Shown: positions 21,895-34,181, counted from the stretch's first letter. The stretch is 38,202 bases of DNA from Octopus bimaculoides (GCF_001194135.2 NC_068989.1:15307578-15345779), one strand, 5' to 3'. Notes: generated by a model not told the origin, from the letters alone. Numbers and translations: made by a program.

Positions 21895-22520
21895 CTGATT
21901 CAGCCAGTGGACTGTGGCTATGTGGCTATGCTGTGGCACCACCTTGAAGGGTTTAGTCGAACAAGGCGACCTAGTATTAAGGCGGCGAGCTGGCAGAAAC
22001 GTTAACACGCCGGGCGAAATGCCTAGCGGTATTTCGTCTGCCGCTACGTTCTGAGTTCAAATTCTGCCGAGGTCGACTTTGCCTTTCATCCTTTTGGGGT
22101 CGATTAAATAAGTACCAGTCACGCACTGGGGTCGATGTAATCGACCTAATCGGTTCGTCTGTCCTTGTTTGTCCCCTCTGTGTGTAGCCCCTTGTGGGCA
22201 GTAAAAAAGTAAGGCGACCTTAGTACTTATTTTTGTGAGTCTGGCACTTATTCTATCAGTTCTTTTGCCGAGAGCTGATAAGTTATGGGGACGTAAACAA
22301 ACCAACACCAGTCGTCAAGCAGTGGTGGGGAAAAATACAAACACAAATACAAATACATAAACACACATACCCACACGGCAAGCTTCCTTCAGTTTCCGTC
22401 AAACAAATCCACTCACAAGGCTTTTGTCGGACCGCCGAAGCTTTTGTAGAATACACACGCTCAATATACCACGCACTGACACCGAACCCTAAACCACGTT
22501 GTTAGGAAGTAACTTGCTGC
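21895..22520 (-). mobile_element. SINE family A split by a nested family B SINE
   Basis: Family A segments at ~21895-21978 and ~22211-22520. Confidence 0.75.
21979..22210 (+). mobile_element. SINE family B, well preserved (variant 3' tail), with imperfect TSD
   Basis: AAGGCGGCGAGCTGGCAGAAACGTTAACACGCCGGGCGAAATGC...CCCCTTGTGGGCAGTAAAAAAGT. Flanks AAGGCGACCTAGTATT (21963-78) and AAGGCGACCTTAGTACTT (22211-28). Confidence 0.9.
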
Positions 22521-22573
22521 AGAAATCACGACCTAAGCAATTCCACCACTGCTTCCGGACACTTCGTCTAGAC

Positions 22574-23335
22574 AAAGGGTCGCCAAACTTTTTCGACCAT
22601 CGACCCTCTTTAGTCACTTATCCTTCCGCATCACACACCTTCCTCATTTAAAATATCTTAATACCCTACCCTACCGCTCCATATCTTAAATACGTACCGA
22701 GTACAGATGCATCGAGGCGCGGAGTGGATGGAACAGGGACAACTGACGAAGGGGTATACTCTTTGTGTTGCGTGTCTCGTTTCTCTGTTTTTTTCGTTGT
22801 TCGAAAATAGTTCGTTTTCTGTTTTCGTTTCTCATTGTGTTTAACGTTTTTTTGATGTCCTGTACCCATATGTGCATGTATGTTTACATGTGGGTGTAGG
22901 TATGTACATATATGTATGGATATATGCATATATCTATATATTATTTATATTATTATATGATCGAACGCCACGCATCCTTTTCCTAGCTAGAATATACATG
23001 TACGACAAATTAAGAAATTCGGTTGAAGATGACTCACTTTTTACATTTAAAACTACTTATACGAGTATACGGTATTAAACTTTCAATTTTTATGAAATTG
23101 TTTTCACGGTTAGAAAATGTGAAAAACGCATCATATTGCTGGAATATCTTTTATTAAAATTGACAACATCAATGTGTGGGATGAGCATGGCGCTGACTAA
23201 CTATTTCAAGCAGTTCATCTGGGTGAGCTGGTCTTTCGCACGCCGACCCCCATTCGACCCCTTGGCTATCATCGACACCCTGTAATTCCTCGCCGACCCC
23301 TAGGGGGTCTCTCGGATCCCCTTTGGCGATCCCTG
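22574..23335. mobile_element. 762-bp non-autonomous hAT (Charlie-type) element
   Basis: Identical 8-bp TSD GTCTAGAC (22566-73 / 23336-43), matching the Charlie NTCTAGAN preference. TIRs AAAGGGTCGCCAAA / CAGGGATCGCCAAA; repeated CGACCC subterminal motifs. Confidence 0.85.
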
Positions 23336-24251
23336 GTCTAGACTATGCTTTACAATTGTAATTATGTTATGCATTTAAGGGCAGTATATTGTAAATTTAA
23401 GGACAATTGGTAGCTATTTCTAGCAGATCCATTGACCACGTACAACACCCTTCGATGGTTTGTAAGAAAACGAGTCTCATAAAGAAAAACTGAAAATTAC
23501 ATTTTCACAATGGTGTAGTATAAAGAGGAATATTAGCATATTGTGTTATGGAATATCGAAATGTTATTATGCAGTGTTATTGTTACCAGTGAGTAGCTGT
23601 ATATAACAGCATGCAAAATATAAGTATTATATATATATATAATATATAAATATAAAAATATATATTTAATACTGAAGTATGATTGGAGAGTATTGAGAGA
23701 AAAATGGTCCAGTAAACAAGAACAGCATATAATAAAATTGGTTAAGAAATTATCCAAATATTTCGAAATTTATATAATAACTGGCATACACACGTATATT
23801 TGCAGTGACAGAGTTAAGCTAAAAACGTTCAGACATACATACATACATACATAATTGCATAAATGCATGCAAACATGCATATATAAACACATGCATACTT
23901 ACGTAATGCATAGATGTATGCAGACATGCGTAGATACATACATGCATATACATGCACATGCATCGTATATACAAGCATACATGCATATGCACGCGTGTTT
24001 GTCATATAATGAGGTAAAGTATAGCAAATTACGATAGCAGCATCTCTGAGAAAATATGAATAGCTAGCATATAATTGGTTAAAATACCTCAATGCTGGTA
24101 ATTCATCGAAACATGAGTGAGCATATTCACAAACAAACGCAACACTTTAAAATATGATATATGATGTAATATAATGTAAAGTAATTATAATACAATATAG
24201 TACAAAATAATATGTGATATAAACATATATAAATAATATAAATATATGATA

Positions 24252-24290
<39 letters not shown>

Positions 24291-24934
24291 NNNNNNNNNN
24301 NNNNNNNNNNNNNNNNNNNNNNNNNNNNNNNNNNNNNNNNNNNNNNNNNNNNNNNNNNNNNNNNNNNNNNNNNNNNNNNNNNNNNNNNNNNNNNNNNNNN
24401 NNNNNNNNNNNNNNNNNNNNNNNNNNNNNNNNNNNNNNNNNNNNNNNNNNNNNNNNNNNNNNNNNNNNNNNNNNNNNNNNNNNNNNNNNNNNNNNNNNNN
24501 NNNNNNNNNNNNNNNNNNNNNNNNNNNNNNNNNNNNNNNNNNNNNNNNNNNNNNNNNNNNNNNNNNNNNNNNNNNNNNNNNNNNNNNNNNNNNNNNNNNN
24601 NNNNNNNNNNNNNNNNNNNNNNNNNNNNNNNNNNNNNNNNNNNNNNNNNNNNNNNNNNNNNNNNNNNNNNNNNNNNNNNNNNNNNNNNNNNNNNNNNNNN
24701 NNNNNNNNNNNNNNNNNNNNNNNNNNNNNNNNNNNNNNNNNNNNNNNNNNNNNNNNNNNNNNNNNNNNNNNNNNNNNNNNNNNNNNNNNNNNNNNNNNNN
24801 NNNNNNNNNNNNNNNNNNNNNNNNNNNNNNNNNNNNNNNNNNNNNNNNNNNNNNNNNNNNNNNNNNNNNNNNNNNNNNNNNNNNNNNNNNNNNNNNNNNN
24901 NNNNNNNNATATATATATATATATATATATATAT

Positions 24935-25026
24935 ACACGACGGGCTTCTTTTCAGTTTCCGACTACCAAATCCACTCACAAGGCTTTGGTCGGCCCGAGG
25001 CTATAGTAGAAGACGCTTTCCCAAGG
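24935..25026 (-). mobile_element. SINE family A, 5'-proximal fragment
   Basis: ACGACGGGCTTCTTTCAGTTTCCGACTACCAAATCCACTCACAAGGCTTTGGTCGGCCCGAGGCTATAGTAGAAGAC. Confidence 0.85.
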
Positions 25027-25433
25027 CTGCATTGGCTATCACTGCCTGAATTCTACCTTTCAGAAAGTCATGTGACCCCTCTCCAAGTTCTCCAGCTATG
25101 CCGGGATCACGCAATTTGTGGCATACCATGATCCACTTTACCAAAAGCTTTTGCAAAGTCAAGGTATATTACGTCCACATTTGAGTTGTTGAGTAACTGC
25201 CTCAACATCCAGTCGTAGTGCTGTAGGCGATGGGTCAGGCAGCTCCTACCTGGTCGAAAACCATGCTGGGTATCACTCAGCAAGTAGTTTTCTTCAAGGA
25301 ATGCAATCAGTTTCCTTCTGACTATTCGTTCAATGACTTTACTGATATGTGAAGTCAGAGAGATAGGCCTATGAGTTTTGGCATCTGCTCTGCTTCCTCA
25401 TTTATGGATTAGGCATATTATTCCCTCCTTGAG
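25027..25433 (-). mobile_element. CR1/L2-group LINE reverse transcriptase fragment
   Basis: HRPISLTSHISKVIERIV...QHGFRPGRSCLT...VDVIYLDFAKAFGKVDHG. Confidence 0.9.
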
Positions 25434-25440
25434 ATTGTTT

Positions 25441-25723
25441 GGCAGCCTGCTCGTGAAACTAACATGTAAGTGGTTGAGCACTCCACGTAGTTTACAAGGA
25501 GATTCAGCGTAAAACAGAGTGTGACAAGACTAACCTCTTTAAAATACAGGTACAGCTTACTTTTTGCCAGATGATTGGACTGGAGTAACGTGAAATAAAG
25601 TGTTTTGCCTAAGGACACAACGCGCGGCCGGGAATCGAACTCACGACCTTACGATCGGGAATCTAACTCACAACCTTACGATCGGGAACCAAATACCCTA
25701 AACACCGAGCCACGTGCCTTCAC
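25441..25723 (-). mobile_element. tRNA-derived SINE, family C, with duplicated B-box region
   Basis: Shares the GCCTGCTC.TG.AA.TAA..TG.AAGTGG.TGAGCACTCCAC core with 27217-27602. A 27-bp tandem duplication lies at 25630-25683. Confidence 0.85.
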
Positions 25724-27216
25724 AGTCACTTTATATAACACTAGGAATATATAATTGTCTAGAAGGGTAGTGAAAATTACTTTCAGACTATCCTTCTGGG
25801 AGATGGAGTATATAAGTTGCGAAGACCTAACGACAAAGCAATAACATTTTATTTCATTTAAGAGCAAGACGTAATCAATGAGAATATACTCAGAACGAAG
25901 TTGGTGCTAGGACATAAAATTATAGCACCAGCTACCTGTTATAGCTTCTCGGCTGAGCCACATAAAGAAGTTATGTGGTTAAATACAATTCGTTGTTTAG
26001 CCACACAATACATAACAGTCGTGGACATCGCAAGTGACACGTATACAAATCGACCAGAAGCGAACAAAGGAACGCAGAGGTCATTTTTATATGTCACCAA
26101 GAAATAAGTGTCTAGAAAGGAAGTGAAGAATACCAAAAATACCAAATATACCGACAGAATTTTTTTTTATTGGGAGAACACACACACAACATAAACGTAC
26201 ACGCATTCATTCATATATGCACGCACGCACAACCATACACACATACATAGGGTATATATATGTGTGTGAACGCAACATAATATATCTTAATTATCTTAAT
26301 CGAAGTGTGACTGACAACGAAAATTTACAAACAATTACCGTGACTGCAGCAAAAGTCTCTAGTGAAGGAATAACACTGAAAGAATAAATCAATATACCAT
26401 ATTGAATAAAATATGACTGAACTCATTAGAACTTTTACAATTTTTTTCCGTCGTTAAGAAATTGTTTAGTTGCATAATCACCTCATCAAGTAAACTAAAA
26501 AGACGAATCTCCCTTACTGTCGATGAAGTTAACTGTCGGTCATATAGGCATGAATTAAAAATCAACTGAAACGACAAACGTACAGCAACAAGTGTTTCAA
26601 CGAGCTAAATAAACATTTGGATTGTCAATAACCTCGCAGAGTGTTCAACATAGGAATACATCCACAGGGGCTCTATCTTTGGAAAATAAGGCACATGAAC
26701 TTAGTAGAGTAGATATCAATTTATCTTAGTCAGTGTATAAATCAGAAAAGGGCTTAGGAAAATTTACAAACAATTCTAAATATAGCGTTTTAAACTCAAC
26801 TTGTGACATCAAAGAGAGGAAAAATCAAATTCAAAATAAGCACATGTGAATTTGAAATAAGATTAGTATCTTCAAAGTCCACACATCTCATTTTAAACTT
26901 AAACTGACTTAAACTGGTTATTCTTTAAACCGTGTATTGTTTTTGTAATGTAAAAAAACCCCCCAAAAACAGCATTAAAGTGGACGCCCCAACAAAAGAG
27001 TCGCTCGGGTCCATAGATACAAGGAGGATACAAGGATCCTTGTGAGGATACAAGGATCTTGTTCAATCCATATAAACTGAAAACAGAATATGTTTTAGAT
27101 TATATAAGGACTGGGCAATAAGAGGTATAACCCAACAACCACTTTGCGGAAACTAAATGAGGACATGAGATTGGATTTCCCATAAAACCCACTTGTGAAT
27201 GATAACTGCATTTTAT

Positions 27217-27602
27217 TTTTTTTAAGGCTTTGCTGGCACTCCGTCGCTTACGACGTCGAGGGTTCCAGTTGATCCGATCAACGGAACAGCCTGCTCATGG
27301 AAATTAATGTGCAAGTGGCTGAGCACTCCACAGACACGTGTACCCTTAACGTAGTTCTCAGGGATATTCAGCGTGACACAGTGTGACAAGGCTGACCCTT
27401 TGAATTACAGGTACAACAGAAACAGGAAGTAAGAGTGAGAGAAAGTTGTGGTGAAAGAGTACAGCAGGGTTCGCCATCATCCCACGTGGAGCTCTAGTTG
27501 TTTTCGCTCAATAAACACTCACAACGCCCGGTCTGGGAATCGAAACCGCGATCCCATGACCGCGAGTCCGCTGCCCTAACCACTGGGCCATTGCGCCTCC
27601 AC
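27217..27602 (-). mobile_element. tRNA-derived SINE, family C, full length with poly(A) and TSD
   Basis: Exact 13-bp TSD AACTGCATTTTAT (27204-16 / 27603-15). Minus head GTGGAGGCGCAATGGCCCAGTGGTTAGGGCAG...GGTTTCGATTCCC; short poly(A). Confidence 0.92.
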
Positions 27603-28149
27603 AACTGCATTTTATAAATCCTAGGTAAAATGCCGATAACAAAGGAAAACTAGTTATTGTGACATAGAATGGAAATCGAGCTAGACGTGAAGTTTCAATT
27701 TGGAATTTGGCAATTGCTATTCTTGCTGAAAAACAACGAATTTGTTTCGGATGAGTGTAGCCTTAAGTTTCACACTTCTTGCACATGTGGCTGATCCTTT
27801 GCGTTATGCAAGAATACGCAGTAAAAATCTTAATATCATGGCTTCTGTGTTAAACACAAAAGAACTGGTTCTGACATAATGTCATGATCACAAACATAAG
27901 TTAAAGTTTGAAAACTTTTTCGCTATTTAGGAAACATTTTCAAAGCTATGAATATGTTTGCATGTTTGATCAAACACACGTTCACATGGGACGAAAGTTT
28001 CCATTCTGGATATTCATAACTGTTGTTTGAAGCGTATGTTGATCAGTGCCCAAAAGAAATGATTATCACGTATAAAATAAAACTATAAGAGGAAGTTTCC
28101 ATATTAGATATTCACGTAAAAGTACCGTTCAAGGCCACAAGACAAGGAG

Positions 28150-28400
28150 GCAGGAATGTTGCGAGCCATATCAAGTAGGCTGCTTGAGTTTTGTGTGGCA
28201 TTTACTCTGCAAGGCTTGGAGGTACTGGCCCAACAAAGCAGCAGAGAAGGCCACTAGGCGGCTTTGGATAAAGAGAAAAGACCAGTGGTTTGCTGTCATA
28301 GGATACAGCTTTGGATTTGATCAACCTCAGCTGGATGTGTGGTGATGGCGGGACCGTGGGTGTAACATCCAAAATTCTCTAAGACCCTAGAAGCATCCTT
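28150..28400 (+). mobile_element. 3' end of a Hero/NeSL-type (RLE) LINE
   Basis: CCEPYQVGCLSFVWHLLCKA...AAEKATRRLWIKRKDQW resembles the Hero C-terminus CEPxEVGCRGF...SLCKA...AAEKASRWLWIKR as I recall it, followed by a 3' UTR-like segment. Confidence 0.7.
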
Positions 28401-28815
28401 GTTGTATTCTATAGCTTCCTTGAGATGTATCCAAGAAAGAAAAACTTTGGAACTTTTCAAAAGACTGGCTGGTATTACACCAATATAATGGAATTTTTAG
28501 CTTCGTTGCTTGGTTGACGAAAATATATGATTAACAAGCCAATTCACATTGGCATTACAAATGATGTCACGATATTTTGATGTTTTATTTTCTTTGAAAT
28601 AAATCATTTTGAGTTAATCTCAGTTTAAAATCGTTAATTTCACTTTGAAGTGACAGTTACACTTTGAAATCGTTATTCTCACTTTGAAGATGGGAAGTTT
28701 CACTTTGAAATAAAATCTGCTCTCTTAGAATTTCAAATGGAATAGCTCCATGCTGCGACGAACGTTTTGAGTGAAGGATTAGCACAAATACGCTTGTACA
28801 TACGCACGCGTGCAT

Positions 28816-28910
<95 letters not shown>
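28816..28910. repeat. (CA)n microsatellite
   Basis: Directly visible. Confidence 0.97.
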
Positions 28911-28912
<2 letters not shown>

Positions 28913-29461
28913 TACACACAGATACACCAAATTATATGTGTATATAAGTTACGAATTTATATATTACATGTCAATTATATGCATCTGCTTGTGTCCACAG
29001 GCACATAAATCACACAAGCACATAAATTACACACATATATTTAAATTATGTATACACATATATTACTGAAATATTACATGTTAGTTATATGTATGTATAT
29101 ACATACATATTGTATGTCAATTACATTCCTATGCCTGTAGTACAAGGATACACACATGCTCTAAATAGGCATCGTTTCTTTCCTTATTTCTTTCTATCAT
29201 CCTTCTAACTCTGCTTTGAAAAAGGGTCCTCGTTAGTGTACCTTTTTCTCCTTTCCTTTTCCCGTCGTACAACTCATTCTACACAACTTTTATTGTTATT
29301 TTTCGTGTTTTTACATTTAGTCGATCTCTTTTCGAATACTTCTCTACCTATTGTAATCTCTCAAACTGCTTCATCTGTTTGTCTCTTATCTCCCTCGTTC
29401 CATTTGTGCTATTTCAACTATATATATCTATGTGTGTGTGTGTATGCGTGTGTACATGTGT

Positions 29462-29462
<1 letters not shown>

Positions 29463-29548
<86 letters not shown>
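29463..29548. repeat. (TCTA)n microsatellite
   Basis: Directly visible. Confidence 0.97.
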
Positions 29549-29549
<1 letters not shown>

Positions 29550-30124
29550 TAATATTATTAAATAATATCAATTTCAATCAGTGGTCAGCACAGATAAAAA
29601 AGTCCGAGGACCGTGAGTTCTATTTAAATATAGGCAATATGAGAGACCACTACGTGGATCCCTTGAATACTAAAAATAGACGTCAAATCGTCTTACCACG
29701 AAATCTGTTCTCAAATTAACAAGACGCTAAATGTATAAAATGGAACAAAGACGCAACAGAGGACAATAAAGCATCCAAACATTCGTGGCTTTCTTTCGTC
29801 AGTCAAGTTACCAGACGTCCCTACAATTTCGAGCAGTTACACTTGAGATTCTTCGATCTGGTTGCCTCCCAAAATGTCTAAGCTAAGAGCATTAGATTTT
29901 TTGTAAGAAAGCAAGCGAATATGTACGACAAGAAAGACAAAAGAGGGAGAACATGTTACACGATTATAAATACAAGCAGCAAGAATATAACAATAGGTGT
30001 CTTTCGACTGAGGAAGAATCAAATTGGCGTGTATAAAGTGAAAGCCTTAAGGCAGGAACATACGAGATGGACATAAGGGGTGTAGGCGGTCGGCAGTCAG
30101 GCCAAGAAAGAAAGATCATGGTTA

Positions 30125-30157
<33 letters not shown>

Positions 30158-30807
30158 NNNNNNNNNNNNNNNNNNNNNNNNNNNNNNNNNNNNNNNNNNN
30201 NNNNNNNNNNNNNNNNNNNNNNNNNNNNNNNNNNNNNNNNNNNNNNNNNNNNNNNNNNNNNNNNNNNNNNNNNNNNNNNNNNNNNNNNNNNNNNNNNNNN
30301 NNNNNNNNNNNNNNNNNNNNNNNNNNNNNNNNNNNNNNNNNNNNNNNNNNNNNNNNNNNNNNNNNNNNNNNNNNNNNNNNNNNNNNNNNNNNNNNNNNNN
30401 NNNNNNNNNNNNNNNNNNNNNNNNNNNNNNNNNNNNNNNNNNNNNNNNNNNNNNNNNNNNNNNNNNNNNNNNNNNNNNNNNNNNNNNNNNNNNNNNNNNN
30501 NNNNNNNNNNNNNNNNNNNNNNNNNNNNNNNNNNNNNNNNNNNNNNNNNNNNNNNNNNNNNNNNNNNNNNNNNNNNNNNNNNNNNNNNNNNNNNNNNNNN
30601 NNNNNNNNNNNNNNNNNNNNNNNNNNNNNNNNNNNNNNNNNNNNNNNNNNNNNNNNNNNNNNNNNNNNNNNNNNNNNNNNNNNNNNNNNNNNNNNNNNNN
30701 NNNNNNNNNNNNNNNNNNNNNNNNNNNNNNNNNNNNNNNNNNNNNNNNNNNNNNNNNNNNNNNNNNNNNNNNNNNNNNNNNNNNNNNNNNNNNNNNNNNN
30801 NNNNNNN

Positions 30808-30859
30808 TGTCTGTCTCTGTCTGTCTGTCTGTCTGTCTCTGTCTGTCTGTCTGTCTGTC

Positions 30860-30940
<81 letters not shown>

Positions 30941-31005
30941 GTAAGCGCGCGTATGTATGCAAGTATGTATGCATGTATGTATGTATGTATGTATGTATGT
31001 ATGTG
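30808..31005. repeat. Compound (TGTC)/(TCTA)/(TATG) microsatellite
   Basis: Directly visible. Confidence 0.93.
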
Positions 31006-31263
31006 TACGTGGGCGCGCGCTTGTTTGTGTGTATAAATGTTGATAATAATATACAATTTCTCCGAACGCTTCTATTCTATATATTGGAATATGCTAATAC
31101 TCTTATAAATGTTATAAATATACAGATTTCATTCATGTCAAGATATATTCTGTGGGAACTGTGAAAATGTGCAGAAAACAGTATGAAGAGATTGAAAACA
31201 TAATAAATATAGATCTTAAGCAATGTTTTGACATCGAATACAAATATTTATTTCAACAGAGCC

Positions 31264-31294
<31 letters not shown>

Positions 31295-32230
31295 NNNNNN
31301 NNNNNNNNNNNNNNNNNNNNNNNNNNNNNNNNNNNNNNNNNNNNNNNNNNNNNNNNNNNNNNNNNNNNNNNNNNNNNNNNNNNNNNNNNNNNNNNNNNNN
31401 NNNNNNNNNNNNNNNNNNNNNNNNNNNNNNNNNNNNNNNNNNNNNNNNNNNNNNNNNNNNNNNNNNNNNNNNNNNNNNNNNNNNNNNNNNNNNNNNNNNN
31501 NNNNNNNNNNNNNNNNNNNNNNNNNNNNNNNNNNNNNNNNNNNNNNNNNNNNNNNNNNNNNNNNNNNNNNNNNNNNNNNNNNNNNNNNNNNNNNNNNNNN
31601 NNNNNNNNNNNNNNNNNNNNNNNNNNNNNNNNNNNNNNNNNNNNNNNNNNNNNNNNNNNNNNNNNNNNNNNNNNNNNNNNNNNNNNNNNNNNNNNNNNNN
31701 NNNNNNNNNNNNNNNNNNNNNNNNNNNNNNNNNNNNNNNNNNNNNNNNNNNNNNNNNNNNNNNNNNNNNNNNNNNNNNNNNNNNNNNNNNNNNNNNNNNN
31801 NNNNNNNNNNNNNNNNNNNNNNNNNNNNNNNNNNNNNNNNNNNNNNNNNNNNNNNNNNNNNNNNNNNNNNNNNNNNNNNNNNNNNNNNNNNNNNNNNNNN
31901 NNNNNNNNNNNNNNNNNNNNNNNNNNNNNNNNNNNNNNNNNNNNNNNNNNNNNNNNNNNNNNNNNNNNNNNNNNNNNNNNNNNNNNNNNNNNNNNNNNNN
32001 NNNNNNNNNNNNNNNNNNNNNNNNNNNNNNNNNNNNNNNNNNNNNNNNNNNNNNNNNNNNNNNNNNNNNNNNNNNNNNNNNNNNNNNNNNNNNNNNNNNN
32101 NNNNNNNNNNNNNNNNNNNNNNNNNNNNNNNNNNNNNNNNNNNNNNNNNNNNNNNNNNNNNNNNNNNNNNNNNNNNNNNNNNNNNNNNNNNNNNNNNNNN
32201 NNNNNNNNNNNNNNNNNNNNNNNNNNNNNN

Positions 32231-32335
32231 TATATACATATATATATATGTATATATATACATATATATATATGTATATATATACATATATATATATGTA
32301 TATATATACATATATATATATGTATGTATGTATGT
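32231..32335. repeat. 20-bp AT-rich minisatellite (TATATACATATATATATATG)n
   Basis: About four units next to the gap. Confidence 0.85.
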
Positions 32336-32471
32336 ATGTATATATACACACACATGTATATACATACACGCACCCCACGTATATGTATGTGTGTACGTAT
32401 GTGCGTATGTCAACATTTGTATTAGAGAATATATTCGAATGTAAATTATAAGTGTACATTTTTGCACTCTC

Positions 32472-32518
<47 letters not shown>

Positions 32519-32535
32519 AAATTTTACAGCATATG

Positions 32536-32580
<45 letters not shown>

Positions 32581-33136
32581 GAAATAATACTCTATTGAAA
32601 TACATCGATAAAGAACCGATTCGTTATTTTAAAACATGCGTAGTTATGTACACAAGGACATCATAATACACATACATAGACACGTATACATACATACATG
32701 TAGCTCAGTTAGTTTAAAAACCTGTACAAACATACCTTGCCTCAGGTAAGATTTCTGCAGTGATTAATTCCGACAATTTAAAACGTGGGCAGTTTTGCCC
32801 GAGGTTTTAAAGACAAGCACAAAAATGCACGCGCGTGCGCGCACGCACACACACACATGCACAAGCACATACACACGCACAAACACACACACACACATAC
32901 AAACACACAAACACATATGCACAAACACATACACACGCACAAACAGCAACACGCGTACAAATATACGTATATGTATTTGTACACACGGAGAAGCACACAT
33001 CCACACAGATACATACATTTATGTGTGCGTGCGTGTGTGCGTGTGTGCGTGTGTGTATGTGTGTGTGTGTGTGTGTGTATAGGTTTTGTAGAACAAACAA
33101 GAGAAATATAAATCATTACACGAGTGCATATATCAC

Positions 33137-33191
<55 letters not shown>

Positions 33192-33288
33192 GAGGTGGCG
33201 AGTCGGCACAGTCTTTAGCACGCATGGAAAAATACTTAACGTCATTTCGTCCGCCTTTAATGTTCTGAGTTCAAATTCCGCCGAGGTC
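33192..33288 (+). mobile_element. SINE family B, 5' part, truncated by gap
   Basis: GAGGTGGCGAG...TTAGCACG...TTCTGAGTTCAAATTCCGCCGAGGTC. Confidence 0.8.
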
Positions 33289-34181
33289 NNNNNNNNNNNN
33301 NNNNNNNNNNNNNNNNNNNNNNNNNNNNNNNNNNNNNNNNNNNNNNNNNNNNNNNNNNNNNNNNNNNNNNNNNNNNNNNNNNNNNNNNNNNNNNNNNNNN
33401 NNNNNNNNNNNNNNNNNNNNNNNNNNNNNNNNNNNNNNNNNNNNNNNNNNNNNNNNNNNNNNNNNNNNNNNNNNNNNNNNNNNNNNNNNNNNNNNNNNNN
33501 NNNNNNNNNNNNNNNNNNNNNNNNNNNNNNNNNNNNNNNNNNNNNNNNNNNNNNNNNNNNNNNNNNNNNNNNNNNNNNNNNNNNNNNNNNNNNNNNNNNN
33601 NNNNNNNNNNNNNNNNNNNNNNNNNNNNNNNNNNNNNNNNNNNNNNNNNNNNNNNNNNNNNNNNNNNNNNNNNNNNNNNNNNNNNNNNNNNNNNNNNNNN
33701 NNNNNNNNNNNNNNNNNNNNNNNNNNNNNNNNNNNNNNNNNNNNNNNNNNNNNNNNNNNNNNNNNNNNNNNNNNNNNNNNNNNNNNNNNNNNNNNNNNNN
33801 NNNNNNNNNNNNNNNNNNNNNNNNNNNNNNNNNNNNNNNNNNNNNNNNNNNNNNNNNNNNNNNNNNNNNNNNNNNNNNNNNNNNNNNNNNNNNNNNNNNN
33901 NNNNNNNNNNNNNNNNNNNNNNNNNNNNNNNNNNNNNNNNNNNNNNNNNNNNNNNNNNNNNNNNNNNNNNNNNNNNNNNNNNNNNNNNNNNNNNNNNNNN
34001 NNNNNNNNNNNNNNNNNNNNNNNNNNNNNNNNNNNNNNNNNNNNNNNNNNNNNNNNNNNNNNNNNNNNNNNNNNNNNNNNNNNNNNNNNNNNNNNNNNNN
34101 NNNNNNNNNNNNNNNNNNNNNNNNNNNNNNNNNNNNNNNNNNNNNNNNNNNNNNNNNNNNNNNNNNNNNNNNNNNNNNNNN

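Noticed and set aside
27520-27602. tRNA-like sequences (also 13239-13319, 25620-25723)
   Set aside because: They are SINE heads continuing into SINE bodies with TSDs and tails, with no intact cloverleaf.
28641-28709. CRISPR-like repeat-spacer pattern
   Set aside because: 9-bp repeats with 10-12-bp spacers are far too short, the context is eukaryotic, and there are no cas genes.
29600-30120. Protein-like plus frame (CLPKCLS...KASEYVRQERQKRE), and a GIY-YIG-like hint at 35700-35990 on the minus strand
   Set aside because: Too decayed to assign; possibly Penelope debris, but no diagnostic motif is intact.
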